DNA from: Nostoc sp. PCC 7120 = FACHB-418
Lineage (GTDB): Bacteria; Cyanobacteriota; Cyanobacteriia; Cyanobacteriales; Nostocaceae
Reading direction: 5' to 3'
Length of the DNA stretch: 32,000 bases
Assembly (NCBI RefSeq): GCF_000009705.1
Contig: NC_003272.1
Location: 4,560,001 to 4,592,000 of the forward strand
Part shown: positions 24,277 to 32,000 of the stretch, piece after piece
Layout: the number at the start of each line of letters is the position of its first letter
Numbering within the stretch: position 1 is the stretch's first letter
The notes under the pieces: model-generated
The model's input: the letters and a program-made list of their open reading frames with translations, nothing else
The model's database searches: none
What the model was told of the DNA's origin: nothing
Made by a program: the position numbers and the translations under genes

Positions 24277-24987
24277 CTAAGAACGAATGAAAATTTGGGT
24301 TAAATAAACTACACCTTGACCATTGACGGCAACACCAATCCCGGTCAAGTTGGCACTACCTTTAATATTGGCTAGGTGTCCTGAGCTTTTGAGCCAGCTT
24401 TGTACTGCGCGTGTTGCTGGGTCTCTATCCTGGTTATAAGCAACGTTTTCACTTGCGGATTTGTTGGGCATATTCAGCGCTTTCACACGCTGATCAAATC
24501 CCTGGTGGCTAAAGGGAACTTGACCACTAGCCATGTTTTGGCTGTGAATCCTGGCTTGCTCGTCAATACTAGCGTTCCGGGTTAGTGCTGGTAAGTTCTG
24601 AGATTGTCTGTATTGATTAACTTGCGCGAAAACTGCCTGTTCTATAGAAGCTGAGTTGCTATCCGATTGTCCACCTGAGGGACTGGAAGGATTATTTTGT
24701 CCACCTGAAGGAGTTTGCGGGTTATTTTGTCCACCTGAGGGACTTTGAGGGTTGTTTTGCCCACCAGAGGGATTATAGGGTCTTTGGGGGGAAGATTGCC
24801 CAGGATATCTCATGGGACGACGATTATATTGTCTCGGAAAACTGTATTGTGCGAGAAGGCGATCGCTGGAAATAGATGAAGACTTGGGTGCAGGAGATTG
24901 AATTTGGAGAGAAACTGCACTCGCCCCACTGGTGAAGGCGAAAGTTCCTAACGCAACGGCGTAAATTGTTGTTTTAAGCATTTTCAA
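24277..24987 (-). CDS. Secreted CAP/SCP/PR1-like domain protein with a low-complexity PSGGQNNPQx linker
   Basis: 236-aa ORF with a signal peptide (AVALGTFAFTSGASA). The 10-aa unit PSGGQNNPQ(S/T) occurs 3.5 times (30-nt DNA repeat at 24667..24771). C-terminal CAP motifs: HSQNMASGQVPFSHQGF, SENVAY, SSGHLANI. Confidence 0.8.
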   Translation of the reverse strand: MKMLKTTIYAVALGTFAFTSGASAVSLQIQSPAPKSSSISSDRLLAQYSFPRQYNRRPMRYPGQSSPQRPYNPSGGQNNPQSPSGGQNNPQTPSGGQNNPSSPSGGQSDSNSASIEQAVFAQVNQYRQSQNLPALTRNASIDEQARIHSQNMASGQVPFSHQGFDQRVKALNMPNKSASENVAYNQDRDPATRAVQSWLKSSGHLANIKGSANLTGIGVAVNGQGVVYLTQIFIRS

Positions 24988-25140
24988 TCACAGACGTAGT
25001 TGCTGAGAGTAAACTTCCTGTTCATCTAAACAAACCGCCTGGATTTGAACAAATTTGCTGTGGCTTTGTATATCTTTGGTTATATCCCTATCCCTTTAAA
25101 TATTCTCTGATAACTTTTAAATCCATAGGTTTTCATAAAT

Positions 25141-25169
25141 GAGAAGGCGATCTGAGCGATCGCCTTCTC
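25141..25169 (-). terminator. Candidate terminator hairpin downstream of trpB (contains HIP1)
   Basis: A perfect 12-bp stem, gagaaggcgatc-tgagc-gatcgccttctc, lies about 100 nt downstream of the trpB stop. The following U-run on the minus strand is weak. Confidence 0.35.
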
Positions 25170-25268
25170 TCATTAGTCTGATTTTTCCCTAAATTTTCCC
25201 GAAAAATGCGGCAAAACAGCCTGTGTAAATTTATAAATCTTCGACAAAATATCTGTCTAAAGATAGAT

Positions 25269-26510
25269 TTATTGTGGGATTAAAAACTTAGCTACAGTTT
25301 GGACATCTTTATCACCACGTCCAGAGCAGTTGATCACAATGCGGGGGCTGCCGTCAAGTTGGGGACAGAGGGTTTCTAAGTAAGCGATCGCATGGGCTGT
25401 TTCCAGGGCTGGGATAATTCCTTCCAAGCGGGATAATCGCTGGAACGCAGCCAAAGCTTCCTCGTCCGTCACACTGTAATATTCTGCACGACCAACATCT
25501 TTCAAGTAGCTGTGTTCTGGCCCCACACCAGGGTAATCTAACCCCGCGCTAATCGAGTGCGCTTCAATTACCTGGCCATCCTCATCTTGCAGTAGATAAC
25601 TCATCGCCCCGTGCAATACACCAACTCGTCCTTTTGTCAAGGTGGCGGCGTGTTTTTCTGTGTTGACACCCTCTCCTGCTGCTTCTACTCCAATTAACTT
25701 AATGGATGACTCATTCACAAACTCGTAAAATAATCCCATCGCATTAGACCCGCCACCCACACAAGCTAAAAGAATGTCGGGTAAACCACCCCATTTTTCC
25801 AAAGCTTGAGCGCGAGTTTCTTGTCCAATGACTGCATGGAAATCCCGTACCATCATTGGGTAAGGATGAGGCCCGGCAACGGAACCCAAAATGTAGTGAG
25901 TAGTTTCCACATTCGTCACCCAATCCCGAATCGCCTCAGATGTAGCGTCCTTGAGAGTTCCCGTCCCAGCCGCCACCGGACGAACTTCAGCCCCCATCAG
26001 CCGCATTCTAAACACATTCAAAGCTTGGCGTTCCATATCGTGAACACCCATATAAATCACACATTCCAACCCAAACCGAGCGCAAACCGTGGCTGTTGCT
26101 ACACCATGTTGTCCGGCACCAGTTTCGGCAATAATGCGCTGCTTACCCATGCGCTTGGCTAATAATACTTGACCAAGGGCGTTATTGATTTTGTGAGCGC
26201 CTGTATGATTTAAATCTTCGCGTTTTAAATAAATTTGCGCTCCTGTACCATCTGGTCGGGCATAATGAGCGGTGAGGCGTTCAGCGAAATACAATGGTGT
26301 GGCGCGTCCTACATAGTCACGCAACAATTGTTGCAGTTCTGCTTGAAAACCGGGGTCATTGCGGTATTGTTGATAAGCTGTTTCTAGTTCAGCTAAAGCC
26401 GGCATCAAGGTTTCCGGCACATACTTACCGCCAAAGCGTCCAAAGCGTCCTTGGATATCGGGAACCTGAACATTTGAGGGGGTACTTGGAGAAAGGGGAG
26501 TGGTAGTCAC
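25269..26510 (-). CDS. trpB: Tryptophan synthase beta chain
   Basis: 413-aa ORF with near-canonical TrpB sequence: [31 protein letters not shown] (PLP lysine), [33 protein letters not shown]. Confidence 0.97.
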   Translation of the reverse strand: MTTTPLSPSTPSNVQVPDIQGRFGRFGGKYVPETLMPALAELETAYQQYRNDPGFQAELQQLLRDYVGRATPLYFAERLTAHYARPDGTGAQIYLKREDLNHTGAHKINNALGQVLLAKRMGKQRIIAETGAGQHGVATATVCARFGLECVIYMGVHDMERQALNVFRMRLMGAEVRPVAAGTGTLKDATSEAIRDWVTNVETTHYILGSVAGPHPYPMMVRDFHAVIGQETRAQALEKWGGLPDILLACVGGGSNAMGLFYEFVNESSIKLIGVEAAGEGVNTEKHAATLTKGRVGVLHGAMSYLLQDEDGQVIEAHSISAGLDYPGVGPEHSYLKDVGRAEYYSVTDEEALAAFQRLSRLEGIIPALETAHAIAYLETLCPQLDGSPRIVINCSGRGDKDVQTVAKFLIPQ

Positions 26511-26705
26511 GGAATGATTTTTGATGATGGGATAGACTTAATTATTATAGGAAAGTCTGAGGCACAGAGAATGCAATGTGACTCCACAAGGAAAACATTA
26601 AACCAGTTCGTAATTTATAATTTCTAATCTGTAATAAATATATGGTGCAAGACCTCAAAACAACTGACCACTGACAAATCTAATTTCTCGTATTCAGTAA
26701 ATTTT

Positions 26706-27053
26706 ATGTCTTCTTCCAATTCCAAATCTTCTGACAAGCGCTTTATTTATCGTGAATTTGGCAACGACAACTCTGCCGCCTTAGAAAGACCAACTACCGA
26801 ATTACCACCACAACAACAAAATGTCAGAGTACAGGCTACCCGCGCCGGCCGCAAAGGAAAAACTGTCACGGTGATTACTGGGTTTCAAACTAAACCAGAA
26901 GTATTGGCAGATTTAGTAAAACAGTTGAAAACTCAATGTGGTACAGGTGGGACAGTTAAAGATAACGAAATTGAAATTCAAGGCGAACATAAACAGAAAA
27001 TTTTAGAGATTTTGATTAAGCTAGGCTACAAAGCCAAAATTAGTGGCGGTTAA
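26706..27053 (+). CDS. SUI1/eIF1-family translation initiation factor (YciH-like)
   Basis: 115-aa ORF with RAGRKGKTVTVITGF, LKTQCGTGGTVKDNEIEIQGEH and LGYKAK. Confidence 0.9.
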   Translation: MSSSNSKSSDKRFIYREFGNDNSAALERPTTELPPQQQNVRVQATRAGRKGKTVTVITGFQTKPEVLADLVKQLKTQCGTGGTVKDNEIEIQGEHKQKILEILIKLGYKAKISGG

Positions 27054-27198
27054 CTGGCTAGTTTTTATGCTTTGTAGTAAACACTCTAGTTTTGACAAAA
27101 CCCAGAACTAAAAGGCTTACTCCTGTACTTTGGTATTCAGATTTAAGGTTTAACTCTCAAAGCAAATTTCTTAAGTTTCCTTAATAAAGGTTAATTAC

Positions 27199-27205
27199 AA
27201 GGAGG
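27199..27205 (+). promoter_or_regulatory. Shine-Dalgarno sequence for the Pmp3/YqaE ORF
   Basis: aaggagg lies 5 nt upstream of the ATG at 27211. Confidence 0.6.
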
Positions 27206-27210
27206 TCAAT

Positions 27211-27369
27211 ATGGATTTAGTTCGGCTTTTATGTGCTATTTTCTTCCCACCTTTGGGAGTATTTTTACAAGTTGGGATAGGTAAGGATTTTTGGATTAAT
27301 ATACTTTTGACGCTTTTAGGTTACATTCCGGGAATTGTACACGCGGTGTGGGTCATCGCTAGGAAATAA
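27211..27369 (+). CDS. Pmp3/YqaE (UPF0057) family small membrane proteolipid, 52 aa (not in the ORF track)
   Basis: My manual translation gives MDLVRLLCAIFFPPLGVFLQVGIGKDFWINILLTLLGYIPGIVHAVWVIARK. The family signature is FFPPLGV...FWIN..LT.LGYIPG..HA. It has a strong SD and an intrinsic terminator downstream. Confidence 0.8.
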   Translation: MDLVRLLCAIFFPPLGVFLQVGIGKDFWINILLTLLGYIPGIVHAVWVIARK

Positions 27370-27444
27370 TTAGGGGATTTAATTACAGTAGATTTGTTTC
27401 CCCATGATATGGCAATTAGCCATACAAGACATTGAGATGATGAA

Positions 27445-27481
27445 CCCCCTTCAAAAATTAGTTTGAAGGGGGATTTTTTTA
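27445..27481 (+). terminator. Rho-independent terminator
   Basis: An 11-bp perfect stem, cccccttcaaa (27445..27455) with tttgaaggggg (27462..27472), encloses a 6-nt loop and is followed by attttttt. Confidence 0.75.
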
Positions 27482-27525
27482 CTAAAAGCTTAATTGTTAG
27501 CCAATAAATCCGAGCTATCTAAATT

Positions 27526-28311
27526 CTACAAGTCAGCAGGCAGAATCACTGTATCAATTACATGGATTACGCCATTAGAGGCTTTGATATCTGCCTGTGT
27601 TACTTTCGCATCGTTGACGCTGACACCTTGCGTATCAACTTTTACATTAATTGTGCCACCTTCGACGCTTTTCACTTCACCAGATTTCAAATCAGTGGAT
27701 AAAACATTACCTGGGACAACATGGTAAGTTAGCACCTTGAGTAATACTTCTTTATTATCTGGTTGTAATAATGCTTGTAAAGCATCTTGTGGCAATTTAG
27801 CAAATGCAGCGTCGGTGGGAGCAAAAATTGTTAGGTTATCTTTGCCTTTTAAAGTTTCTGTTAGTCCGGCTGCTTGTAATGCTTTGTTGAGAGTGGTGAA
27901 AGAGCTATTTGATTCCACCAATTCTAACAAATTTTTCGAGTCTGTGTTAGTTGTTTCTGCTGCTGGTGGTTTTGTTGTAGGTGTTTCTGTTGCGGGTTGG
28001 GTTTCTGGAGGAGTAACTGGAGTGGGTGAAGTACGGCTACCACGGTTATAGGGAGGCTCGTTAAAAATACTTGGTCTAGGATTAGTACGTCCTGTATTTT
28101 GTGCTATCTGTTTCTTGTTATTTTCTTTTGTTATCTGGTTAACATTTGCTTGAATCCGTTGACCACGACTATAGTGAGCTTCTTGGAAAATAGTTGGATT
28201 GGGATTTAATACTTCTCTTGCTCCCGATGGTAAGGTAATTGAGAGGCTAACGCCTGCTAACGTCACTACACCTACCAAATTGGTCAGCAGCTTGCTTTGA
28301 TTCACCCTCAT
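27526..28311 (-). CDS. Secreted fasciclin (FAS1) domain protein
   Basis: 261-aa ORF with a signal peptide. Its N-terminal half carries a duplicated motif NPxPxIFxExxYxRGxR and a P/T-rich linker. C-terminal FAS1 motifs: FTTLNKALQAAGL, LTIFAPTDAAFAKLP, VLTYHVVPG, NGVIHVIDTVILP. Confidence 0.9.
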   Translation of the reverse strand: MRVNQSKLLTNLVGVVTLAGVSLSITLPSGAREVLNPNPTIFQEAHYSRGQRIQANVNQITKENNKKQIAQNTGRTNPRPSIFNEPPYNRGSRTSPTPVTPPETQPATETPTTKPPAAETTNTDSKNLLELVESNSSFTTLNKALQAAGLTETLKGKDNLTIFAPTDAAFAKLPQDALQALLQPDNKEVLLKVLTYHVVPGNVLSTDLKSGEVKSVEGGTINVKVDTQGVSVNDAKVTQADIKASNGVIHVIDTVILPADL

Positions 28312-28528
28312 AATTTTTGTTTGTTTTGATTAGAATTAGGTTACATAAAGATTTATAACATTTTACAACCAACAAAATCTAACCATGGAAGTAAGATTTG
28401 TATTCAAAAATATGCTGTGTGTGGGAAAATCTCATAACTAATTTGTATTTAACACAGAAATAATATATAAAATTCATGCTGGATTTCTGAAATATGCCTA
28501 TGGGCATTGTCCATCGTATTACTTTTCT

Positions 28529-28564
28529 GGTGGGCAATGCCCAGCTTACAGATACTTAAATTTT
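28529..28564 (-). repeat. 36-nt dispersed repeat, inverted copy of 4166..4201
   Basis: The reverse complement, aaaatttaagtatctgtaagctgggcattgcccacc, matches 4166..4201 at 32 of 36 positions. An additional arm, tgggcattg, lies at 28501..28509. Confidence 0.7.
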
Positions 28565-28927
28565 TCAATAATCAAATAGGATTCGTGTATAGCAGTCTGC
28601 TTTGATTTTCATTCATGCAGCATAGCTTAATTACACTTTTTGAATTTAGGTAATAGATAAAGAAAACTATTTGATTTTTTCAGCACAAGCTGAGACTCTG
28701 CCAGCAAAAATAAAATATAAGCACCGTGCAAACGATTATTAAGTGCAAATAAGCGAGCAAAAAATAATATAGAACAAAAATTGATATTTGACAAAAATAA
28801 ATAGGAAAAAATAGAGTCTATCTAGCTGATAAATGAGGTGGGAAATTAATGATTTACACCGGAAATTTACTGAAAGTACAGTTACAATTAGGAAGTTGAT
28901 TGATTAATCCGTAAAAAGAGATAAATT

Positions 28928-29719
28928 ATGTTAAAATTATACCAATGGGAATTATCTCAATACTCAGAAAAAGTGCGGCTAATTCTCGATTACAAAGGAT
29001 TGGAATACCGCAAAATTGAGGTTACACCAGGAATTGGACAAGTAGAATTATTCAGGTTAACTGGACAAAAACAAGTACCAGTATTGAAAGATGGTAACAG
29101 ATATATTGCCGATTCGACAGCGATCGCCAAGTATTTAGACTTAGAATATCCAGACCGTCCCCTCATACCACAAGACCCCAAACAAAGGGGTTTAACTTTA
29201 TTAATAGAAGAATGGGCTGATGAGTCCATCGGTATTAAAGGGAGAAAAGCACTATTTTCTGCTATCAGTCAAGACCAAAGTTTCCGCAAAGCCTTATTAC
29301 CTACCTCAACACCAGACGTTCTTAAAACCTTAGTTGAAGGCGTACCCACCGATTTTCTGACAGTGTTGGGTTTTGGTGTTGGTTACAGTCCAGATGCGGT
29401 TAAGTCAGCGATCGCAGATTTAAAACAAGACCTAGAAGCACTTACACTATTGTTAGCAGACAGTCCTTATTTAACTGGAGACGAACCCACTCTAGCTGAT
29501 TTAGCCGTAGCTGGTTTATCAATACTGTTAAAATTCCCAGAGGGTTCTTATTTAGACCTACCCGCCAGTATTGCAGGTAAAGGTGTACCATCATTAGCCG
29601 ATAACCCTGATTATGCAGCCTTTTTTGCCTGGCGCGATCGCATCTACACCCAATTCCGCAAACCATTAATTGGTAAATCACCCATCGGTGGCGCGCCAAC
29701 CTCTATTCAAATTGATTAG
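28928..29719 (+). CDS. Glutathione S-transferase family protein
   Basis: 263-aa ORF. N-terminal thioredoxin-like fold (KLYQWELSQYSEKVRLIL, QVPVLKDGNRYIADSTAIAKYL) and a helical C-terminal GST domain (PTLADLAVAG). Confidence 0.85.
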   Translation: MLKLYQWELSQYSEKVRLILDYKGLEYRKIEVTPGIGQVELFRLTGQKQVPVLKDGNRYIADSTAIAKYLDLEYPDRPLIPQDPKQRGLTLLIEEWADESIGIKGRKALFSAISQDQSFRKALLPTSTPDVLKTLVEGVPTDFLTVLGFGVGYSPDAVKSAIADLKQDLEALTLLLADSPYLTGDEPTLADLAVAGLSILLKFPEGSYLDLPASIAGKGVPSLADNPDYAAFFAWRDRIYTQFRKPLIGKSPIGGAPTSIQID

Positions 29720-29823
29720 GTAGTGGGGAGGGAAGCAGGGGGTAGGGAGCAGGGGAAGCAGGGGAAGCAGGGGAAGACAACTTACTAATGACAACTGACA
29801 ACTGACTAATGACAACTGACAAT
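29720..29823 (+). repeat. Composite repeat: G-tract array (7 runs of at least 3 G) followed by ACAACTG heptamers, overlapping the start codon of the next gene
   Basis: Reads gtagtggggagggaagcagggggtagggagcaggggaagcaggggaagcaggggaagacaacttactaatgacaactgacaactgactaATGacaactgacaat. Confidence 0.8.
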
Positions 29824-31548
29824 CCACAACAACCATTAGGTTCAGTAATTCAAGGTTCTCTCACTGAGGGTTTGGAAGTGCGTTTACACCCGGATATCTC
29901 CGTTGAGGATATGCGGGTAGGTAAATTTTTGGTAGTCCAAGGGATGCGATCGCGCTTTTTCTGTATGCTGACAGATGTAGCCTTGGGAACTGCTAACGCG
30001 CGCATTATTGCTAGTCCCCCCAGTTGGGAGGACACTTTTTTACGGGACGTTTTAGCCGGGAGTGGGACTTACGGAACGATTAACCTCTCACCGATGCTGA
30101 TGTTCACTCCTGAATCTAATGAGTCTGTGACAACTACAGATAATAAATCTGTGAATCCTTTTGTTCCATCCTCCACAGGTTTGGCTTCTTTTCAACCCCA
30201 AACCAGTACGACAATGGAATTACTTCCTGTCAAAACTATCCCCAGCCACTTCAGCCAAGTTTATGAAGCCAGCGTGGATGATTTTCGGCGGGTATTTGGT
30301 TGGGAAGACGACATCCAACGGAAAAACTTTTCCATTGGTAAACCTTTAGATATGGATGTCCCTGTTTGTATTGATTTAAACCGTTTTGTTGAACGTAGTA
30401 ACGGGGTATTTGGTAAATCGGGTACGGGTAAATCTTTCCTTACACGCTTACTCTTAGCTGGGGTAATTCGCAAGAATGCGGCGGTTAACTTGATTTTTGA
30501 TATGCACTCCGAGTATGGCTGGGAAGCAGTAGCGGAAGGAAAAAACGTCAACACCGTTAAGGGACTCAAGCAACTGTTTCCGGGAAGAGTCGAAGTATAT
30601 ACCCTCGACCCGGAATCAAGCAAGCGCCGGGGTGTAAGAGATTCCCATGAACTATATTTGAGTTATGAGCAAATCGAAGTCGAAGATGTGAAATTATGTA
30701 GTCGAGATTTAGGCTTATCGGAAGCAGCCTTAGATAATGCCAACATTTTATATAGTGAGTTCGGCAAATCTTGGATTGTCCAATTGCTGAATATGACTAA
30801 TGAAGAAATTGAGATGTTTTGTGACGAGAAGCGGGGACACAAAGGCTCAATTATGGCGTTACAGCGTAAACTCTTACGCTTAGATGGTCTTAAGTATATG
30901 CGGGCAGTTTGCCCCCAAAATTATATTAATAACATTTTACAATCTTTAGAAGCCGGCAAAAATGTCGTTATAGAATTTGGTTCCCAGTCGAATATGCTCT
31001 CCTATATGCTGGTGACTAACATGATCACCAGACGGATTCATGAGCATTACGTCCGCAAAGCTGATAAGTTCCTACAAAGTAAAAATCCCAGCGATCGCCC
31101 AACGCCATTAATGATTACAATAGAAGAAGCGCATCGCTTCCTAGACCCAGCGATCGTTCAAAGCACTATATTCGGCACAATTGCCCGTGAACTGCGTAAA
31201 TATTTCGTAACCCTTTTGGTAGTTGATCAACGACCTTCAGGCATAGATAATGAAGTTATGTCCCAAATTGGGACACGCATCACCGCCCTACTGAATGACG
31301 ACAAAGACATTGATGCCATCTTCACCGGGGTATCAGGGGCTGGTGGTCTCAGATCAGTGTTAGCCAAGCTAGACTCCAAGCAACAAGCTTTGATTTTAGG
31401 TCATGCCGTACCTATGCCCGTGGTAGTCAGAACCCGTCCCTATGATTCAACCTTTTACGCAGAAATTGGTGATACAGCCTGGGAAGAAAAACCAGACGCA
31501 GAAGTATTCGCGGCTGCTGAACTAGCCAAAGCCGATTTGGGATTTTAG
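29809..31548 (+). CDS. HerA-like ATPase (N-terminal HAS-barrel plus FtsK/HerA-type P-loop domain, DUF87-like)
   Basis: 579-aa ORF. Barrel-like N-terminus GSVIQGSLTEGLEVRL..VGKFLVVQG..FFCMLTDV. Walker A GKSGTGKSFLTRLL, Walker B/DEAH-like ITIEEAHRFL, LLVVDQRPSGID. Confidence 0.85.
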   Translation: MTTDNPQQPLGSVIQGSLTEGLEVRLHPDISVEDMRVGKFLVVQGMRSRFFCMLTDVALGTANARIIASPPSWEDTFLRDVLAGSGTYGTINLSPMLMFTPESNESVTTTDNKSVNPFVPSSTGLASFQPQTSTTMELLPVKTIPSHFSQVYEASVDDFRRVFGWEDDIQRKNFSIGKPLDMDVPVCIDLNRFVERSNGVFGKSGTGKSFLTRLLLAGVIRKNAAVNLIFDMHSEYGWEAVAEGKNVNTVKGLKQLFPGRVEVYTLDPESSKRRGVRDSHELYLSYEQIEVEDVKLCSRDLGLSEAALDNANILYSEFGKSWIVQLLNMTNEEIEMFCDEKRGHKGSIMALQRKLLRLDGLKYMRAVCPQNYINNILQSLEAGKNVVIEFGSQSNMLSYMLVTNMITRRIHEHYVRKADKFLQSKNPSDRPTPLMITIEEAHRFLDPAIVQSTIFGTIARELRKYFVTLLVVDQRPSGIDNEVMSQIGTRITALLNDDKDIDAIFTGVSGAGGLRSVLAKLDSKQQALILGHAVPMPVVVRTRPYDSTFYAEIGDTAWEEKPDAEVFAAAELAKADLGF

Positions 31549-31557
31549 TGTGAGAAG

Positions 31558-31620
31558 TAGGGAGCAGGGATGCAGGGGGTGCAGGGGAAGACAACTAACA
31601 ACTGACAACCGACAACTAAC
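31558..31620 (+). repeat. Composite G-tract/heptamer repeat, direct copy of the element at 29720..29823
   Basis: Reads gtagggagcagggatgcagggggtgcaggggaagacaactaacaactgacaaccgacaactaac. Confidence 0.8.
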
Positions 31621-32000
31621 TACGTAAGTAGTAAAGTCTTACCCCATACAGTTCGGTTATCTCCCTACTGGCAGGCAACAGAAGAGGGAGTTTTCGCGTC
31701 ACTATAGGTATAGTTAGCTTTTCTAAGGAACTTAAAAATCTTTTTATAAAAAAAGCAATTTTACACTATAATCCATATCCTTCTTTTGGCTACTTTACTA
31801 TCCACCTGATTTGTCTTAATATAAAACTAAGTGGAACTCATGCTGACTTCGTATTGAACAGTTGCTGCCAGTAACTGAAATAGAGAAAGAATTCTGGAAA
31901 ATCAACCACTGTGCTTGTAAGACATTAAAACATTGTCGGATGGTAGGGGAACCTATCTCAAGGCAGCGCCTTCTAGAAAACGGATACATAACATTGTTTA

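Noticed and set aside
25010-25055. TTCAAATCC-like string resembling a tRNA T-arm
   Set aside because: The flanking sequence cannot be folded into an acceptor stem or an anticodon arm. I found no tRNA anywhere in the window.
31826-32000. Minus-strand frame open from the right edge to a stop at about 31826 (..IRQCFNVLQAQWLIFQNSFSISVTGSNCSIRSQHEFHLVLY*)
   Set aside because: It is short, Cys/Ser-rich and has no motif. I cannot distinguish it from chance, so I do not call a CDS.

Overview
This is a 32-kb chromosomal segment from a filamentous Nostoc/Anabaena-type cyanobacterium. I infer the taxon from more than 30 copies of the HIP1 palindrome GCGATCGC seen by eye, STRR-type heptamer repeat arrays in most intergenic regions, GC-rich hairpin small dispersed repeats, and the gene content. 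I count about 27 credible protein genes and found no rRNA, tRNA or CRISPR array. Core genes: trpB, SUI1/YciH, a Cu-type P1B ATPase, an RNase D-like exonuclease, GST, a fasciclin protein, Pmp3/YqaE, an OmpR-type response regulator, a DUF697-type GTPase, a CPBP protease and a TM2 protein. Conflict-type content falls in three places. (i) 4.4-9.1 kb holds an FHA protein, two decayed PIN toxin genes (one still ATGA-coupled to an intact antitoxin-like ORF), and an NB-ARC/TPR STAND (NLR-like) gene. Its N-terminal helical, possibly membrane-targeting domain is cut off from the NB-ARC by a single in-frame TGA. (ii) 19.7-22.0 kb holds an AT-rich HTH-NACHT STAND NTPase with no repeat sensor. (iii) 29.8-31.5 kb holds an orphan HerA-like ATPase bracketed by G-tract/heptamer composite repeats. 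Other notable items are a rhomboid homologue lacking the catalytic Ser and His next to a TPR Ser/Thr kinase, a secreted protein built from three roughly 95%-identical 273-bp modules, and a 1-kb ORF-free region with MITE-like elements. My best candidates for an undescribed system are the split NLR-like locus and the HTH-NACHT gene. All functional calls rest on motif recognition by eye, since no database search or computation was possible.
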